Assembly: GCA_051362555.1 (NCBI GenBank)
Contig: CM120640.1
Coordinates: 10,912,001 to 10,976,000 of the forward strand
DNA from: Lingula anatina
Lineage: Eukaryota > Animalia > Brachiopoda
Direction of reading: 5' to 3'
Length of the DNA stretch: 64,000 nucleotides
The notes below the pieces were generated by a model. That model was not told the origin of the DNA. It made no database searches and saw nothing but the letters and a program-made list of their open reading frames with translations. The position numbers and the translations under genes were made by a program. Below are positions 39,301 through 52,080 of this stretch, in pieces; the stretch's first letter is position 1; every line of letters starts with the position of its first letter.

Positions 39301-42300
39301 ACAACGTAATCAATCCGAAACATGGCACTTGGGCGTTTTTCGTTTGTCATTTTTTAAACTTTTAATAAAAAAATCATTAGACAAGTACGTTACCTTCAGC
39401 CTTTTGTTTTAAACCAAGCGAGAAAGCCGAGGACGGTCGCGTGGACTTTCCCTCCTTCTCTTTGGGTCGTGCAGTCTGCGGTCGCTTCGCCTTAGGGTTG
39501 GGAGGGCATGGTATGGTCACCTGTATGGGTTTCTTGAACTTGGACGTGCTACATTGGAAGCGTACGATAGGGCTACAGGTAAGCAAGGGGCCGCAATCCT
39601 CGGATAAGCGTACTTTTAGCTCAGAAATCGCGAATGAGTCAACCGGTTGTACCTGCAATATTCATATTTATTTATTTATTTATTTATTTATTTTAAAGGT
39701 TGGATATCTCTCGCATTTGCTAATTATCCACGAACGTTCATGTTCAAATTATCATTTACATGAATTAATCATTTCAAAATGATTTTTACCAAACTGAAAT
39801 ATTTGAATAGCCAGCTTTTATTATTAAACAATTTTGCCCTAAAGCACATGAAAGTGTCTCAAAAACAGACAAAAAGGAACGAAAAAAAAACTATGTTTAT
39901 TATAACAGGCCGTGTTGAAATTCATCTAAGCGTGGTTTACACTAATGCACCCATTTTTGCATTTTATTTTCTGTTCTTACTTGCAGCCCGAAGGTAGCAG
40001 TTGAAGGTACAGTCCCAGGTCTGCAGTGCAGCACTAGGCGCTGATCAACGGTTGACGACATCTTGCCGTCTTTCTTATTGGGCACTAGTCGATCTAGCTT
40101 TAACCTTGTCACCACTGCAAACTGGCCGAATGTCTTCAGACGACACTGGACAAATTTTGCTTCCTAGAAAAAATGTTAATTAGCATAAACCAATACTAGG
40201 CATATTATAGGAAAACTGTTTTTCTTATGTGACTTCAGTCACAAGAGAGGGGTCGAGGAGGCTAGGGGTCAAGAATTCTAAACTCTTCATAAGTAAATTT
40301 CCTTATTAAATAGTATTTCAAATGAAATAAAATGTTAAATGAAGGACTGCAAACTGCAAAATCATATTAATGTTTGTAGTTGAAAAGACACATATAATTT
40401 TAGTAGTAGGAAAGATACAATACCCGTAAATCCTGAAGAATGATCTCCTGCGACGGTAACTCCCTCCACTTATCCTTCCCTGTCTCCAAGTATTTAACAG
40501 CAAGTTCTCGACTGGAAACTTTTTGTGCGCAGTGTGGAATTGCAACAGCCAAAGGCTCCTCAAACTGGAAAGAGAAACTTTCAGGGGTAAGGGTCATATT
40601 GCAAATATAAATTTATCCTTATCGAAATGCCTAGTACAAAATTATTCCAACGCGTATCATATCTATTAGTCTTTGATCAGGATCAATTAGCAAAACTAAA
40701 AGGAATTACCTTGAAAACTACTTTCTCACTGGATGGGACGATTTCCACAATGTTGCTGACTAGCTCCTCGTTTTCCGCAATTGTGAGAGTAGAGTCGAGT
40801 TGGTTTAGTTTTTTACATTGCAGACTCTCTTCATCATCCGGATCCATGGTCCAGGGCATTGAGCGAACCACAGCCATGATACCAAGATCAAAATCGATTT
40901 GCTCTTCATTATACCGATAGCTAAAAAAATGCAAGGTAAGTATTCTTTCCTTAGTGAATTCTTCTCCTAGTGAAAATAGGCCGCAACTTGAGTGTTTAAC
41001 GGTGACATATCTCTATAATTGTACACAGGAAGATATGCCGGCTAATGTCTGTCACCTAAGTCGTTGACTGAAGTACGTCTAATTAGTATACACCATGTTA
41101 CTGCATTAAGAATAAACTAAATACTATTTATAATTCATTTTACACATTAGAGAAGCTTATATATGCTAGTGTTAGCCTTTTTTGTACAAAAAGTTGCTTT
41201 ATATCATTATTTTATTAGTTTAAGCGAAGTAGTGTGGTTTAAAATAATATGATAAAATAATTCTGTCTAGGAGTTACGTGAAAAGTGGCCAGTTGTTTGG
41301 GTCTCTTCTTTCAGCCTCTTGTCTTTTTCTTTCTTCCTCCTCCTTTTGGCGTTCGATTTCTTCAGGGGTGCCTTTTATGCTTTCTAGTTCTTTGCGTTTC
41401 TTTTCCTCTTCTTCCCTTTTCTTTCTTTCTTCCTCTTCTTTTTTCTTCCTTTTTTCCTCTTCTCGGATGCGTGCTTCTTCATCTGCTCGCGCTTTTTCTT
41501 CTGCGGCTTTTGCGGCCTCTGCTGCAGCTTTGGCGGCATTCTTCGCTTCTTTCAAGGCAGTATCGGCTGCAATCGCTGCATCTGCTGCTTCACTTGCTGC
41601 TTGACCGGCTAATTCGTTTGCTTCAGCCAACTCTACTGCAACCTTTGCTATGTCGGACTTTACAGATGCAGCCCATGATAAAACCGATTTTTCTTCGGCA
41701 ATTTCATTGCAATCTACAAATATAAAGGACAGATAGTTTCATTTGAGACATATGTTCACTGATGTATCTGTTGCTTGAATAAGGTTAGTTAAATCAACTT
41801 ACGTTAGGTCAACATGATAAATGAATGTTGCTGATAAGGCTACCGAGATTAATTTGTTTTAGGCGCATTTATTCTGCCGATGTCTTTGAGTATCAGCAAT
41901 CTGTACACAGAAGACTGATATTGCCTAATTTTCACCGAACGATTAGAGCATCAGTCTGTGCTTGCTCTTACTTTCACAACCTGTACAAACAAAAGGAAAT
42001 ACCTAAATGACAGTTCGGAGACGTAACAGATTTGAAAGGTAAAAGATAAAGGGATAAGAAAATAATACTAATGGTTTTGAAATATTCAAAGAAAACAAAT
42101 AAAAAAGGAACATTACTTCCATATGTTAATGAATGACCCACTGACATATGTAACTGAAAAACTATGAGTAGGCCCTATCGTTATACACTGCATTTGTCTT
42201 GTCGAGTATACAGCTTTTAGAACAGAAACACCGTTGGCATAAACAAACCTTGCGATCCAGCCTCTTTTGATAACCAGCTCTTTAGACCTTCGTGTTCTAT

Positions 42301-42750
42301 TTTTCCGCTAATGCTTGTCCTGAAATTGCTGACTATACTTCTCACTTCTCCGATTTTCGAGGACAACTCCTTAGCATGATTAACACAGTTCTGGTAGACT
42401 TTGACGGCCTCTGATAACCACTGCTTCAGCTCCTCCAGCTTGCTGTAGTCTTTCAGTGGTGCTGAGGCAACTTCTTGGTGATGCTTTACCATGAAGTCTT
42501 GAATTTGAAGAAGTTGTGAGTCTATACTCAATGAAAAATTGACTTGGAACTTATCGCCACCGGTACTTTCACCACTCTCCCCCTTACTGATTATGTTAGC
42601 ATCGTGGTTCTCTTGACTTGGGATCTCATTTTCTTGGACTTTATCTGCATCATTACCCGCAGAATTAGTGTAGTCGGTGCTTTCCTCTATAATTTCCGAA
42701 GTAGAATGATCCTTGGGCTCCTCATCCCCTGTTGCGGCAACATCCGCCAT
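36348..42750 (-). CDS. DTHD1: Death domain-containing protein 1-like (coiled-coil/charged N-terminus, ZU5/UPA-like region, two death domains)
   Basis: About 15 exons (approx. 42750-42249, 41980-41803, 41713-41278, 40921-40710, ~40567-40425, ~40164-39981, 39652-39394, ~39246-39180, ~38968-38830, 38461-37900, ~37655-37593, 37428-37232, ~37039-36932, 36817-36572, 36370-36348). Motifs: EELVSNIVEI, PLAVAIPH, MQVQPVD...SPIV...FKKPIQVTIPCPPNP, EGQELFLRFRGNI, YRGFVQVY, LCELLVSLPK, then DD1 (VLRNIATDLGDEWKKVAHILNIRKSRVQAI) and DD2 (YVKLSRQLKVTDEQL...IFQILVKWREN). Confidence 0.85.
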
Positions 42751-44746
42751 TTTGTTGCCAGCGTAAACTATCCAAGACAGTGAGAAATCTCAGTCAACAG
42801 GTCGTTTGTAGAGGTCATTAGCTTTCTAGCACACGTGAAATAAGCATGCACCGCTCAAAGTATGTTACACGTACGCCGTACTTCGTTGTTGGGAAGACGC
42901 CATGGTTTTATTAAAAACCTAAGACTAAGTTCACCCTTAAATGCATTCCACGGTCTCGATTATGTGTGTTTTTGTTTGTTAGGGTAGGTTACAGTTTATA
43001 GGCCCCACAACCTTTGTCAAAAGTATAATGGTCGCTATTATACCAACCTTCACAGTAGACTTATTCAAGCTTGTTTGTGAAACTTGACACCTAGACGCAT
43101 TGTTGTGACCCGTGCGCTGCTTAAGCATAAGGTAATAATTTAAACCAGCACTGTTGTTTATTCCATTTTGAATATGAAAGCAACCAGAGAATATTATCAA
43201 TAAAATATTTTGATGCAAAAGTATCGTGTAAAAGTATCGTCTTGGTACTGCACAATAAATAACACCAACAGAACAAATTCTCAATTGCGGCAGGTGAGAC
43301 ATGATAATGACATCGCTTCGGCGACAGATTGCACCTCGGTTTGCCGCTATGGTTACAACCTATAGTCCTTTGCCCTTTTAAGTAAAAACACCCTCTTTTT
43401 CACTTCAGAAAAATGTGTATTAGTAGTCTTCAAGGTCCTTTACACACTCCCTGCCCCCATTTGTTTTACCATGTTTAAACTAATAATATTTGTAGTTTCT
43501 CAATCCGAGGAAGACTTTCTGTGAGCTACTGGTGCTTACATGTACTGTATGTGTCCACACATGGCTAAATAGTCTAGTTGTGGACTTGCAATTTCTCTGT
43601 CATATCTGGCACTGGCAGTCTATATTGGCACTAACAAACAAAAAAAACAGCAAAAATGCATTTCGAAAACTTTTCAAAAGAAGTATTCATAATACTGATA
43701 ATGATAACTAAAAAAACATAAATAAATAAAATAAAAAAAAAACGTAGTAGGCCCTAATGTTATACGTTCTTAAAATTTTTAAATTCTGTGTGACATCTGT
43801 TGATGAATAAAAATTCATGTAATTAATTGTGAGACAAAGCAATCTTCAACAATCTGATTTCCCTTCTCTTGAAATGACATTTAAAAGTTCTAAAATATAA
43901 ATCGTTTAGGTTTTTATTCTGGTTAATGGACAAAAATTTGAGTGCGGTGCGGGAAAGTAAATCGCTCTAATAACTATCACGACCTAACGGCTTTTTTAAT
44001 GTTCACTGGCTTTATAAGATATCTAAAAGGGGCATTTCCATAAATAATTGTGTGTAACACCGGGAAACTTGAACTTCAAAATGTAGAGTTAACAGTGATT
44101 ACATGTACCCACCATGCTTTGAATGAATATGCTAGACTACACTTCTTTTAATATATGGTCAAGTTATAATTATTGGCTTGGAATTTTACAAACATTGAAC
44201 TTTATTTGGTTGTATGTCAAACCTTATAACATACACAGCAAGTTGTCTTCAGGTGAATGTCCGTCCATAAATGTATTGCCTTATCGAGCTAAAAATGGTA
44301 AAAGAAGACATAGTTTGAATATATATCTGTGAAAGTATTCGCACCCTTCATGCTTTTCTTAAATAACTTTTGCCCTCCCCGTTCTTCATACCAGTTTTCT
44401 GCTATTACATATGAAACAGTTAAAAACTTTTGTGCAATTTTGTGAAAAACATTTATAATGCACCGGTAGGCATACTCTTCCTTTGAGTCTGTTCTGTTCG
44501 TATTCATCCCATACTCATCCGGACCTTAATGCAACCTTGGCAGTGAATCAAACGGCTCATCTTTCAAGAAAACAAGGTAGATTCTCAAGCCATCCGACAC
44601 CCGAGGTCGTTTAGTGACTTCACCTGAATAGTAAAGAGCACAGCGACTCACAACCAAACACTATATTAATCCTGGCCGGTCTGTGGCAAGTACTAGAGTT
44701 GACTTACTCAGCGTCTTATAAGACATTTTTGTGGGATTTGGTACCT

Positions 44747-44841
44747 ATATAAAATCGTCCAGCGTTTCATGCGCGGAATTACAATCTATTACGTCTACAA
44801 AGCACAGAGGTTAACTCATACATCATATACACTAGGTAAGT
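44747..44841 (+). promoter_or_regulatory. Candidate TATA promoter and short non-coding first exon upstream of the FAM167-like gene
   Basis: TATATAAAA at about 44746-44754 followed by donor TAG|GTAAGT at 44835/44836. A second TATA-like ATATAAA lies at 47011. Confidence 0.35.
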
Positions 44842-47480
44842 GGATTCATGTCAGGTAAATATGACGGCATTGCTGAACTGCAGCGTAAAAAAAGAACTCA
44901 TCTGGAGTGAGTAGCTCAGAACTTTGGTGGATATTGTCTGTGTCACGTAGATAATAGCGGTCCAATATTGCAACTGTGGTACGTATTATAAAGGTGTTAA
45001 GGTTCAAGATTTTTTTCATTTTGAAGCTCTCAGTACATTCTAGGTTTTGCTTGTATTATAAGTGAGATCGTTAATGGGTGTGCATTTCCGTGTACACTTG
45101 AGGAGCGTAGACACTCAGGTACACTGATACACGGTAAACAGTCGTGAAATAATGCACGGGGAGGACTAATATTTACTTGTTCGCTTTACTTACAAGTAAT
45201 ATGAGCGGCGCACACCATCAGGTAATTATGACTCGTACAGCTTTAAGCTACGGATAAGACTGAGATAAAGTAATTAAATGTACACGCAAAATGATTTTTA
45301 AAAGATACTTAAAGATTAAAACAGGTGTTACTGGTCAACCCCTGGTATATTTTACTGTAGATTTTTAAACAAAATGCTAATGACGCCTACTACGCACTCG
45401 CTCATATTTGCCTTCTGGTATGTTATTGTGAGTTGTTTTAAAACAAATCACTGATGTGAGTTTTTTATGTGTTCTAACTTTACATTCAGCGCTCTTTTAT
45501 TCAGTTGTTGGCCCACCAGGCCATATACTACATGTATATGGTTATGTATTTATAGGTTGATTTATGCGGCAGGGTGCCCTGGTAGGGTTTCTACAGAATC
45601 ACATATCCGACATATTGGGGATCAGCAAATCTCATTATTTTACTTCACTCTCATTAATATGCATGTTGTTACATTTCCAATATTTGCAACAAGGACCAAA
45701 AGATGGAAAAATATGGAGAATGAGTTGCAACAGTTCGAATCAGGTACACAAAGCACGTGATATGGTTCAGTGATTCCGTCCGACTATCTCAGATTGTACA
45801 CTTCTAATAAGTGTCAGTATCAAGCCAGATTGAATGAGCTAAGTTGATCGGAATACGTCGTCTCAGCTTATTGTGGCATTACGTGTGCTTTAGACTTTTC
45901 CCTCACATCTTTATAGTAATCCATCCATCGAGTATAAACTTTTTGTTATGGTTTCGGTTGCAGCGTCAACAAAAGGTAGAATAAAATGCAAATAGCAGTT
46001 GAAATTTCCCTTTTTTATGTATAAAACTTTAAGTCAATATCTTTCAGGTCTAATTGAATGCGTCATTATAGCCGTTCCGCCTCATAATAATAGCTCTAGC
46101 ATGTGAACTGAAATTTAAGTCTATTTTTAAGAGGAAAAAGCAAGGCATGGGCGACCTCACGTATTTGTATAATATAATCCACTTCTGTGAATTACTAACG
46201 TTTTTAGTTCTATATTATATTATTGTTATACTATATCATTCTTAAGTTGGGTGGGTTTTAAAGTGTCTCCTTAATGCGTGTAGTTAAGCGGACATGGGCA
46301 GGCAGAAAGTCGACACGTTTACCTCGCCGTTGATGTATCATACATTGTAGTCATTATTCACCTGAAACAGGGTGCAGCAGTTCACGTGGAAAAGGTCTAA
46401 AACTTCTTTTTCTTAGATGGAAGTTCACCTTTCAGTCTCCTTTAAGAGTCATAAACTAGATATGTCAATTTGATTAACCGCACAAAAGGTAGGGTTTTTA
46501 TAGCATTTTTTGTTCTGTCGCTCAGAAACCGTGGTGTGCGTTTGCCTTTTAATATGCTGTAAGTGCATTTTAATATACATAGGTTTAACCTGGGAGTGTA
46601 TGATGATTCTGACCTCAGAAGTTGTCAACGAAATCCATCTTTCATACTCAAAGCACTGCAAGCGCTTGACAGGAGTGGAGTTAAGAATTACTAAGATCAA
46701 GCAGTTAAGTTTCTAAGATCTAGTAGGAATAGGCTGACAAGGAAAAAGAGAAAAGAGTTTGTCTGCAGATAATTGCAGCAGTAGTAATTGTCAAATTATT
46801 TTGTGTAGTATAAACTCTCAAAGACTGCATTAAGTAGGTAGGAGAGCGGTATTGTTTGTTTAAAAGTTTTCTACAGCATCGGTATAGGTTATTTATTTAC
46901 TAAGGAAGGGAGATTAATACTTTTTCGAAGAAATGCTTGTAAGATGAAGCAACAAAGATTTTTTATCAGATGATTATAGAAAGCCCTGTTAGCAGATGTC
47001 GAAAGGGGTTATATAAAGCCGCAGCATGTGTAGATGGAATCCAGACTATTTAGCTAGCCGGATAATGCAAATGCTTATTGCCGTTATTTCATCTAAAAGA
47101 CTCCAAACACATTGTGTTCTGTTCCGCATGAGTTACCAAGTTTGAGAGCATTTTCCTCAATTTTCATTGTCTGCTATTCTTCGGCCACGTCAGAGCATAA
47201 ATAAAATTATTGCAGTGCATTGCCACCGCTGGGATACTTACATTATTGGTTTTAATCATCATTCCAGGGCTGTAAAACACATGGGACAAGAAATAACTTG
47301 AAAGGCGAGGCAAGTAGCTTATGCGGTATACTCCCGACCCAGAAGTAATAAACATCGCAGCAGACCCAGTGAACTACTCGGGAACACGTGTTTCACAACT
47401 TCGGGATTTGCATGCACTCAAAAAACCAAGTTTGCAGGGAAAATTGTAAATTCGTATCATTCTTTGTAAATTTGAGTATC

Positions 47481-50400
47481 ATGAACGGCTCAGACCATGA
47501 CGATGATGAAAGTTATTTTGATATGAAGAATGATGGGCTCATACCAGATATTCCGTGGGAAGAGGTTAAAGATTTGGGGATTATGAAGGAGTCATCTTGT
47601 GCACCTCCGCAGATTCTGGAAGAGTTAGAGGACCCGAAGATGAGGATAGATTTTAAATTAGCCTGGATTAGAAGTGAACTGGTGAGCAATATATTTTGAT
47701 TAAAAAGAATGATAAATAGGCCTATGTTTCAAAGCTTTTTGAATTAATTTTCTAAAAATCTATATTGTGTAGGTTGGTGAATTTGTTTACCAAATTTTAA
47801 TCATCCTCCGATTTGTTTCAATTTGTGCATAACGATTATGGAGATAACAATGAAAGGATGGTAAAAAAACAAATGAAATCGAAAGATGTGTTCATCTACT
47901 TAAAGACTTCCTCAACGACCTACATGTATAACTCAATCTGTGTGTCCATACACAAGTATTTACTTGGCCTTAACACCGGCTGACCATCTAAATGAAATAT
48001 TTTTAATTGAAAGAAATTTTAGTTTATCGTTTTGTGATTACGTACAGTATATCTTAAAAGATGGCAGTGGCATCTGAGGAAGAGGATTTTATTTGAGAGG
48101 TCGCCAAGAGATATGCTGCGAACAGAGGAGTCAGCAGATGGCAGCAAACACATTTTGACCCTTCTACACGTCAGACTATTAATGACGAGCTCTTACAAAT
48201 GACACTTAAGATTCCTAATAAAATCCATAATTTCCCCAGTAACAAATATATCATGTCATAATTCCTCTTTCTACCGTAATAAGAGGCCTAGATGAAAATT
48301 TATTTCACTGTTGGGGATATAAGCTTACAATTTTTGTACTTAGAAGAAATAAGACTGTGAAATGGGTTTATTCATCAACACCGCGTAAAAAAGATGCCCT
48401 GTACAAACAGATGAATTTGTACATGCTGCCAGAATAAATGAATATTAATATATTTTGTACGTGATTCATGCCATGTATTATGTAAGTGGGCACGAGAAAA
48501 CTGTTGAAAATGTTCCCGCCTTTCTTAGCTCACTCCAGTTTACTTATATGTCTGTCCTTCCACCCGTCTGTCTTTTTGTCTGATTCCCAGATTTAGCAGA
48601 TTTTCTAATGACGATTCAAGCTATATTATATTATATTATATTATATTATATTATATTTTCACAGATAAAAATGCGACAGCAGGACGAAGACATTCTTGGT
48701 CAACTTCTTCAGATCCACGATTCTATCATGCAAATCGCACACTACCGCTCTCTTCCCAGGAGGCGCATAAGTCGTGGTGGGTCGCCTATTATCAAGAGTG
48801 AAAGCATGCGAGTGCCCCCAAACTACAGTCGCCTTGGTGTGCCAATTTTCCCCACCAAAAAATACAGTGAACCAGAGAAGATACATAGGAGCTTTTCGGA
48901 ATACGAAGAAAACGATGAGGAGGACGATGCGTATTATATTTATGACGGTAAATTATTTTCATGATTTTCATATAAAAATTAACAATTAACAGTACTAAAA
49001 ACCCATAGAATTACAAATAACACAAGTACAGTGTGAAGCATCAGTGCATATAACTTTGTCATTTTGGTGCAGATTAGAGCAGTTTAGCTTTTATAAAGCC
49101 TTTCTTCATACTTCTAAACAGTGCGTTGACAATACAAAATGTTCTTTCCAATGACACTTCTAGGGAACTGGCAATATTGCGCAAAAATCTTTAATTAGGG
49201 TATTTAAATGACAAATCTTTTATCCAAAGCGAATAGTTATGAGATTATACACTCCATATTCATTCAAAGACACATTAAGAAAATACATCAATAATGAGAA
49301 GTAAAAACAGATAAGTAGTGGCCTCCTGGCGGAATGTCGGGATTATACATAGGCAAGCTTCCAATGCGTTATAGGCCCACTATATCGTAGGCAAAACTTG
49401 GCATAGGTACCGTGTTTAATAAACAGACGATAAACTCGTCCAAAGCATGTTTGTTTCTCTCACAGGAGCCTCAACACAAGGCATGTTGCGTACCCTATAT
49501 CGTTGGCAAAACTTGGCAGAATGTGCCCTGTATAATAAGCAGATGATAAACTCGTGCAAAGAGTGTTAGTTTTTCTCACAGGAGCCTAAGCATTAAGTCT
49601 CCCGCTTACGAATATACATATCAATACCGGGTATGACTATTGAAGAAGGCGTGTCTATTGTGGCAAACAGACAGCTGTGTCAGGTTTCTATACGTCATCG
49701 TCTTGCTGCACCACGTATAACTGCAACAAAACCCAAGGCTGCTGCGCAAAATCCGAGCCCCACCCCTATTCCTAGGCTTAGCAGTGGGTGCTCCTTGACG
49801 AATGTCCCTATTGATGGTGCCAGAATGGCTACGAGTTGCGTGGACAAGAAAATAGTCTGATACTTTCGTTTCTGTTCAGGTGGCCAATTTTCAGGAAATT
49901 GAACCTGTAAAATGACATTCACCTTCTCGCCATCTCTCGTTGTAAAACTGATGATGGGTGTCCAACTACCAGCAATGATCCCATCGATTTTCACTCGATG
50001 TGTCTCACCATTGACCCCGGCGTCAATCTCCCCTCCACTGAGCGCTATATCATACGGAACGTGGACAGTAATAAAGGTCTCAAGTCCCTCACGAAAGAAC
50101 TCTGGAATATTCCCACCATACAGAAAGTCTGCAAACACGGCGAACGCATCCTCTGGTGTAAACAGCTGGGCGCTCACTCCCGATGTAAATTTCTTTTCTC
50201 TGTCATATCTCGCTCTCTTCTCAGGGTCCTTAAGGACGGAGTACGCCTCTCCGATTAACTGAAATGTCTTTGTTGAATCTTGACAGCCTTTGTTTTTGTC
50301 TGGGTGGAACTTCAGCGCCAACTGTCGAAAAGCTCTTTTGATTTCCTCCAAAGAGGCATCCGGCTTTACTCCTAAAATTTCATAATAATCCTGAGTAGTG

Positions 50401-51015
50401 TTGTTCATTTTGGGTTATTATTTTTACATAGCTCAATCTATGACGACTTTTTACATTCAGGAAGAGGAAGACGCTATGTATGCGTATTGATTATCAGCTA
50501 CGTCACTGGGAAATCCCATAAATCCGACTGAAGGGGGCGCGCATGTGTTATGAGAACAGGACACGCTTATATCTTATACAGTATTCCTCCAGGCCAAAAC
50601 CTGCTAATCTGGTTCCCTGCCTTCTCCGTCGTTGTGTTTCATCATAAAATAGATTTCTGCATCTTTTTTTTCCTTTGTTTTCAATATGCTAAGACAATCC
50701 ACGTACGTTTCTGCAATTCTAAAGTGATTTTTTCAAAAAATGAAAAAGATTAAAATCCTATCCAACGTGAACTCATCTACTATTACACTACAGATTCAAT
50801 ATTCAGATGAAAAAAGACTGTGTAGAATTTGCATGAGTCTCCAACATGACGTAAAATGTCTAAAAAAAGAGTTTGGGTCCGAACAAAGGTTTTGCTATTC
50901 TCTTGAAAAGGATTGTTTCTACTAGTAGCGTGAATTTGACATTAAGATCAACATGTTATGTATTTGCTTTGCAAGTGAAATAAGTACATATATGTATGGA
51001 AATAAGTACATGTAT

Positions 51016-51070
<55 letters not shown>

Positions 51071-51446
51071 TTTTTGCTAAAATGTGTTTCAAAACCCATA
51101 AGACGCTCTAACAGTTTATTGTTTTTCTCCGTATTTACACATCATTTGTTTGTTTTCAGATTCCATGACTTCTCTTGACTCCTTAGATTCCGTGGGCACG
51201 GAAAACGTGGACCGTGAATTCTATGATTCCGTGACACCTTTACCACGTTACAGCACAGTAACGCGATCTGTGTCCTTCAATGACAAGGACTGCAAGATAA
51301 AGCATACGAATTCTTTAACAAGATATGACGTTTCATACGAAGAATTAATGAGGAGGAGCAAAATCTGGAGAGAAGTTGAAAGAGAACGAGCAACAAAAGG
51401 AAGAGTCGATGAAAGAAAACTCGCAGCGTTAAAACTCATTATGTGA
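47481..51446 (+). CDS. FAM167A: FAM167-like protein (3 coding exons)
   Basis: Exons 47481-47681 (CTG|GTGAGC), 48666-48947 (GACG|GTAAAT) and 51160-51446 (TTTTCAG|AT), phases compatible. The junction peptide [13 protein letters not shown]|[24 protein letters not shown] matches the FAM167 coiled-coil signature (ALEWLRKELMEMRLQDQQLARQL). Confidence 0.72.
49381..49586. repeat. Imperfect tandem duplication (~90-bp core, 115-bp period) just downstream of the nested DnaJ gene
   Basis: TATATCGT.GGCAAAACTTGGCA...GATAAACTCGT.CAAAG...CTCACAGGAGCC occurs at 49381 and 49496. Confidence 0.85.
49695..50408 (-). CDS. Intronless DnaJ/Hsp40-family protein with a C-terminal hydrophobic (TM-like) tail, nested in the FAM167-like intron
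   Basis: J-domain DYYEILGV...ALKFHPDKN...[16 protein letters not shown]; short G/F-like [15 protein letters not shown]; shortened CTD ([12 protein letters not shown]...[17 protein letters not shown]); hydrophobic tail [23 protein letters not shown] followed by RGAARR. Confidence 0.92.
   Translation of the reverse strand: MNNTTQDYYEILGVKPDASLEEIKRAFRQLALKFHPDKNKGCQDSTKTFQLIGEAYSVLKDPEKRARYDREKKFTSGVSAQLFTPEDAFAVFADFLYGGNIPEFFREGLETFITVHVPYDIALSGGEIDAGVNGETHRVKIDGIIAGSWTPIISFTTRDGEKVNVILQVQFPENWPPEQKRKYQTIFLSTQLVAILAPSIGTFVKEHPLLSLGIGVGLGFCAAALGFVAVIRGAARR
50499..50517. promoter_or_regulatory. NF-kB-type site plus CRE-like site ~100 bp upstream of the DnaJ ATG
   Basis: GGGAAATCCC at 50508-50517 fits GGGRNWYYCC; adjacent TACGTCA (TGACGTA on the minus strand). 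Confidence 0.5.
51014..51073. repeat. (TTTA)n microsatellite
   Basis: Directly visible. Confidence 0.95.
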
Positions 51447-52043
51447 TACGAGTATTTATAGTTACTACTAGTATGTATTAAAGTGAGGGAACATTACTGT
51501 AAACAGTTTAAGACAGGTGCCTGAAAATAGGGGATTCTTGTCACGATCTTGTCATTGGACGTAATAAGCAACTACTGTGCATGCGTATGTATGATTGAAT
51601 CGATGAACGATGCAAGGAATGTCTATAACTTTTAATCATCCCAACATCGTCTGCCATGCACAGTGAATCTGTTATCACTTGTTATAGGGCGTTTATCTCA
51701 TGCCTTTTTCTATGGTTTCTCTATCCGCCAGTTCTAAGCCCAGAAGAATAAATGGCATAACTTTTAAAAGCAGGTTATCCCAAGATCATATAGACCATTC
51801 TAGGGTAAAAAAAATTAACAAGACAAAAAAGACGCTGTTAATGGAAACGGTTATACAGGCTTCACATTAAATGCCTTTCAGCATTGATGATCGTGACTGC
51901 GCTTTGCTGAAAATTATCCTGTAATACCTTACGCATACCACGCGCAGGGCATTGGAGGGGTGTTATAGACATTGTGCATACCTGTTAATATTGACAATTG
52001 GCAGAGAGGGAGATTCCCTCGCACGCCCTACGTCCTCCACCCC

Positions 52044-52044
<1 letters not shown>

Positions 52045-52078
<34 letters not shown>
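52045..52078. repeat. (CA)n microsatellite
   Basis: Directly visible. Confidence 0.95.

Positions 52079-52080
<2 letters not shown>

Noticed and set aside
41278-41725. Plus-strand Ser/Phe/Leu-rich ORFs
   Set aside because: Antisense shadows of the E/K/A-rich DTHD1 exon.
49633-50262. Plus-strand ORFs overlapping the DnaJ gene
   Set aside because: Antisense shadows with no recognisable motifs.
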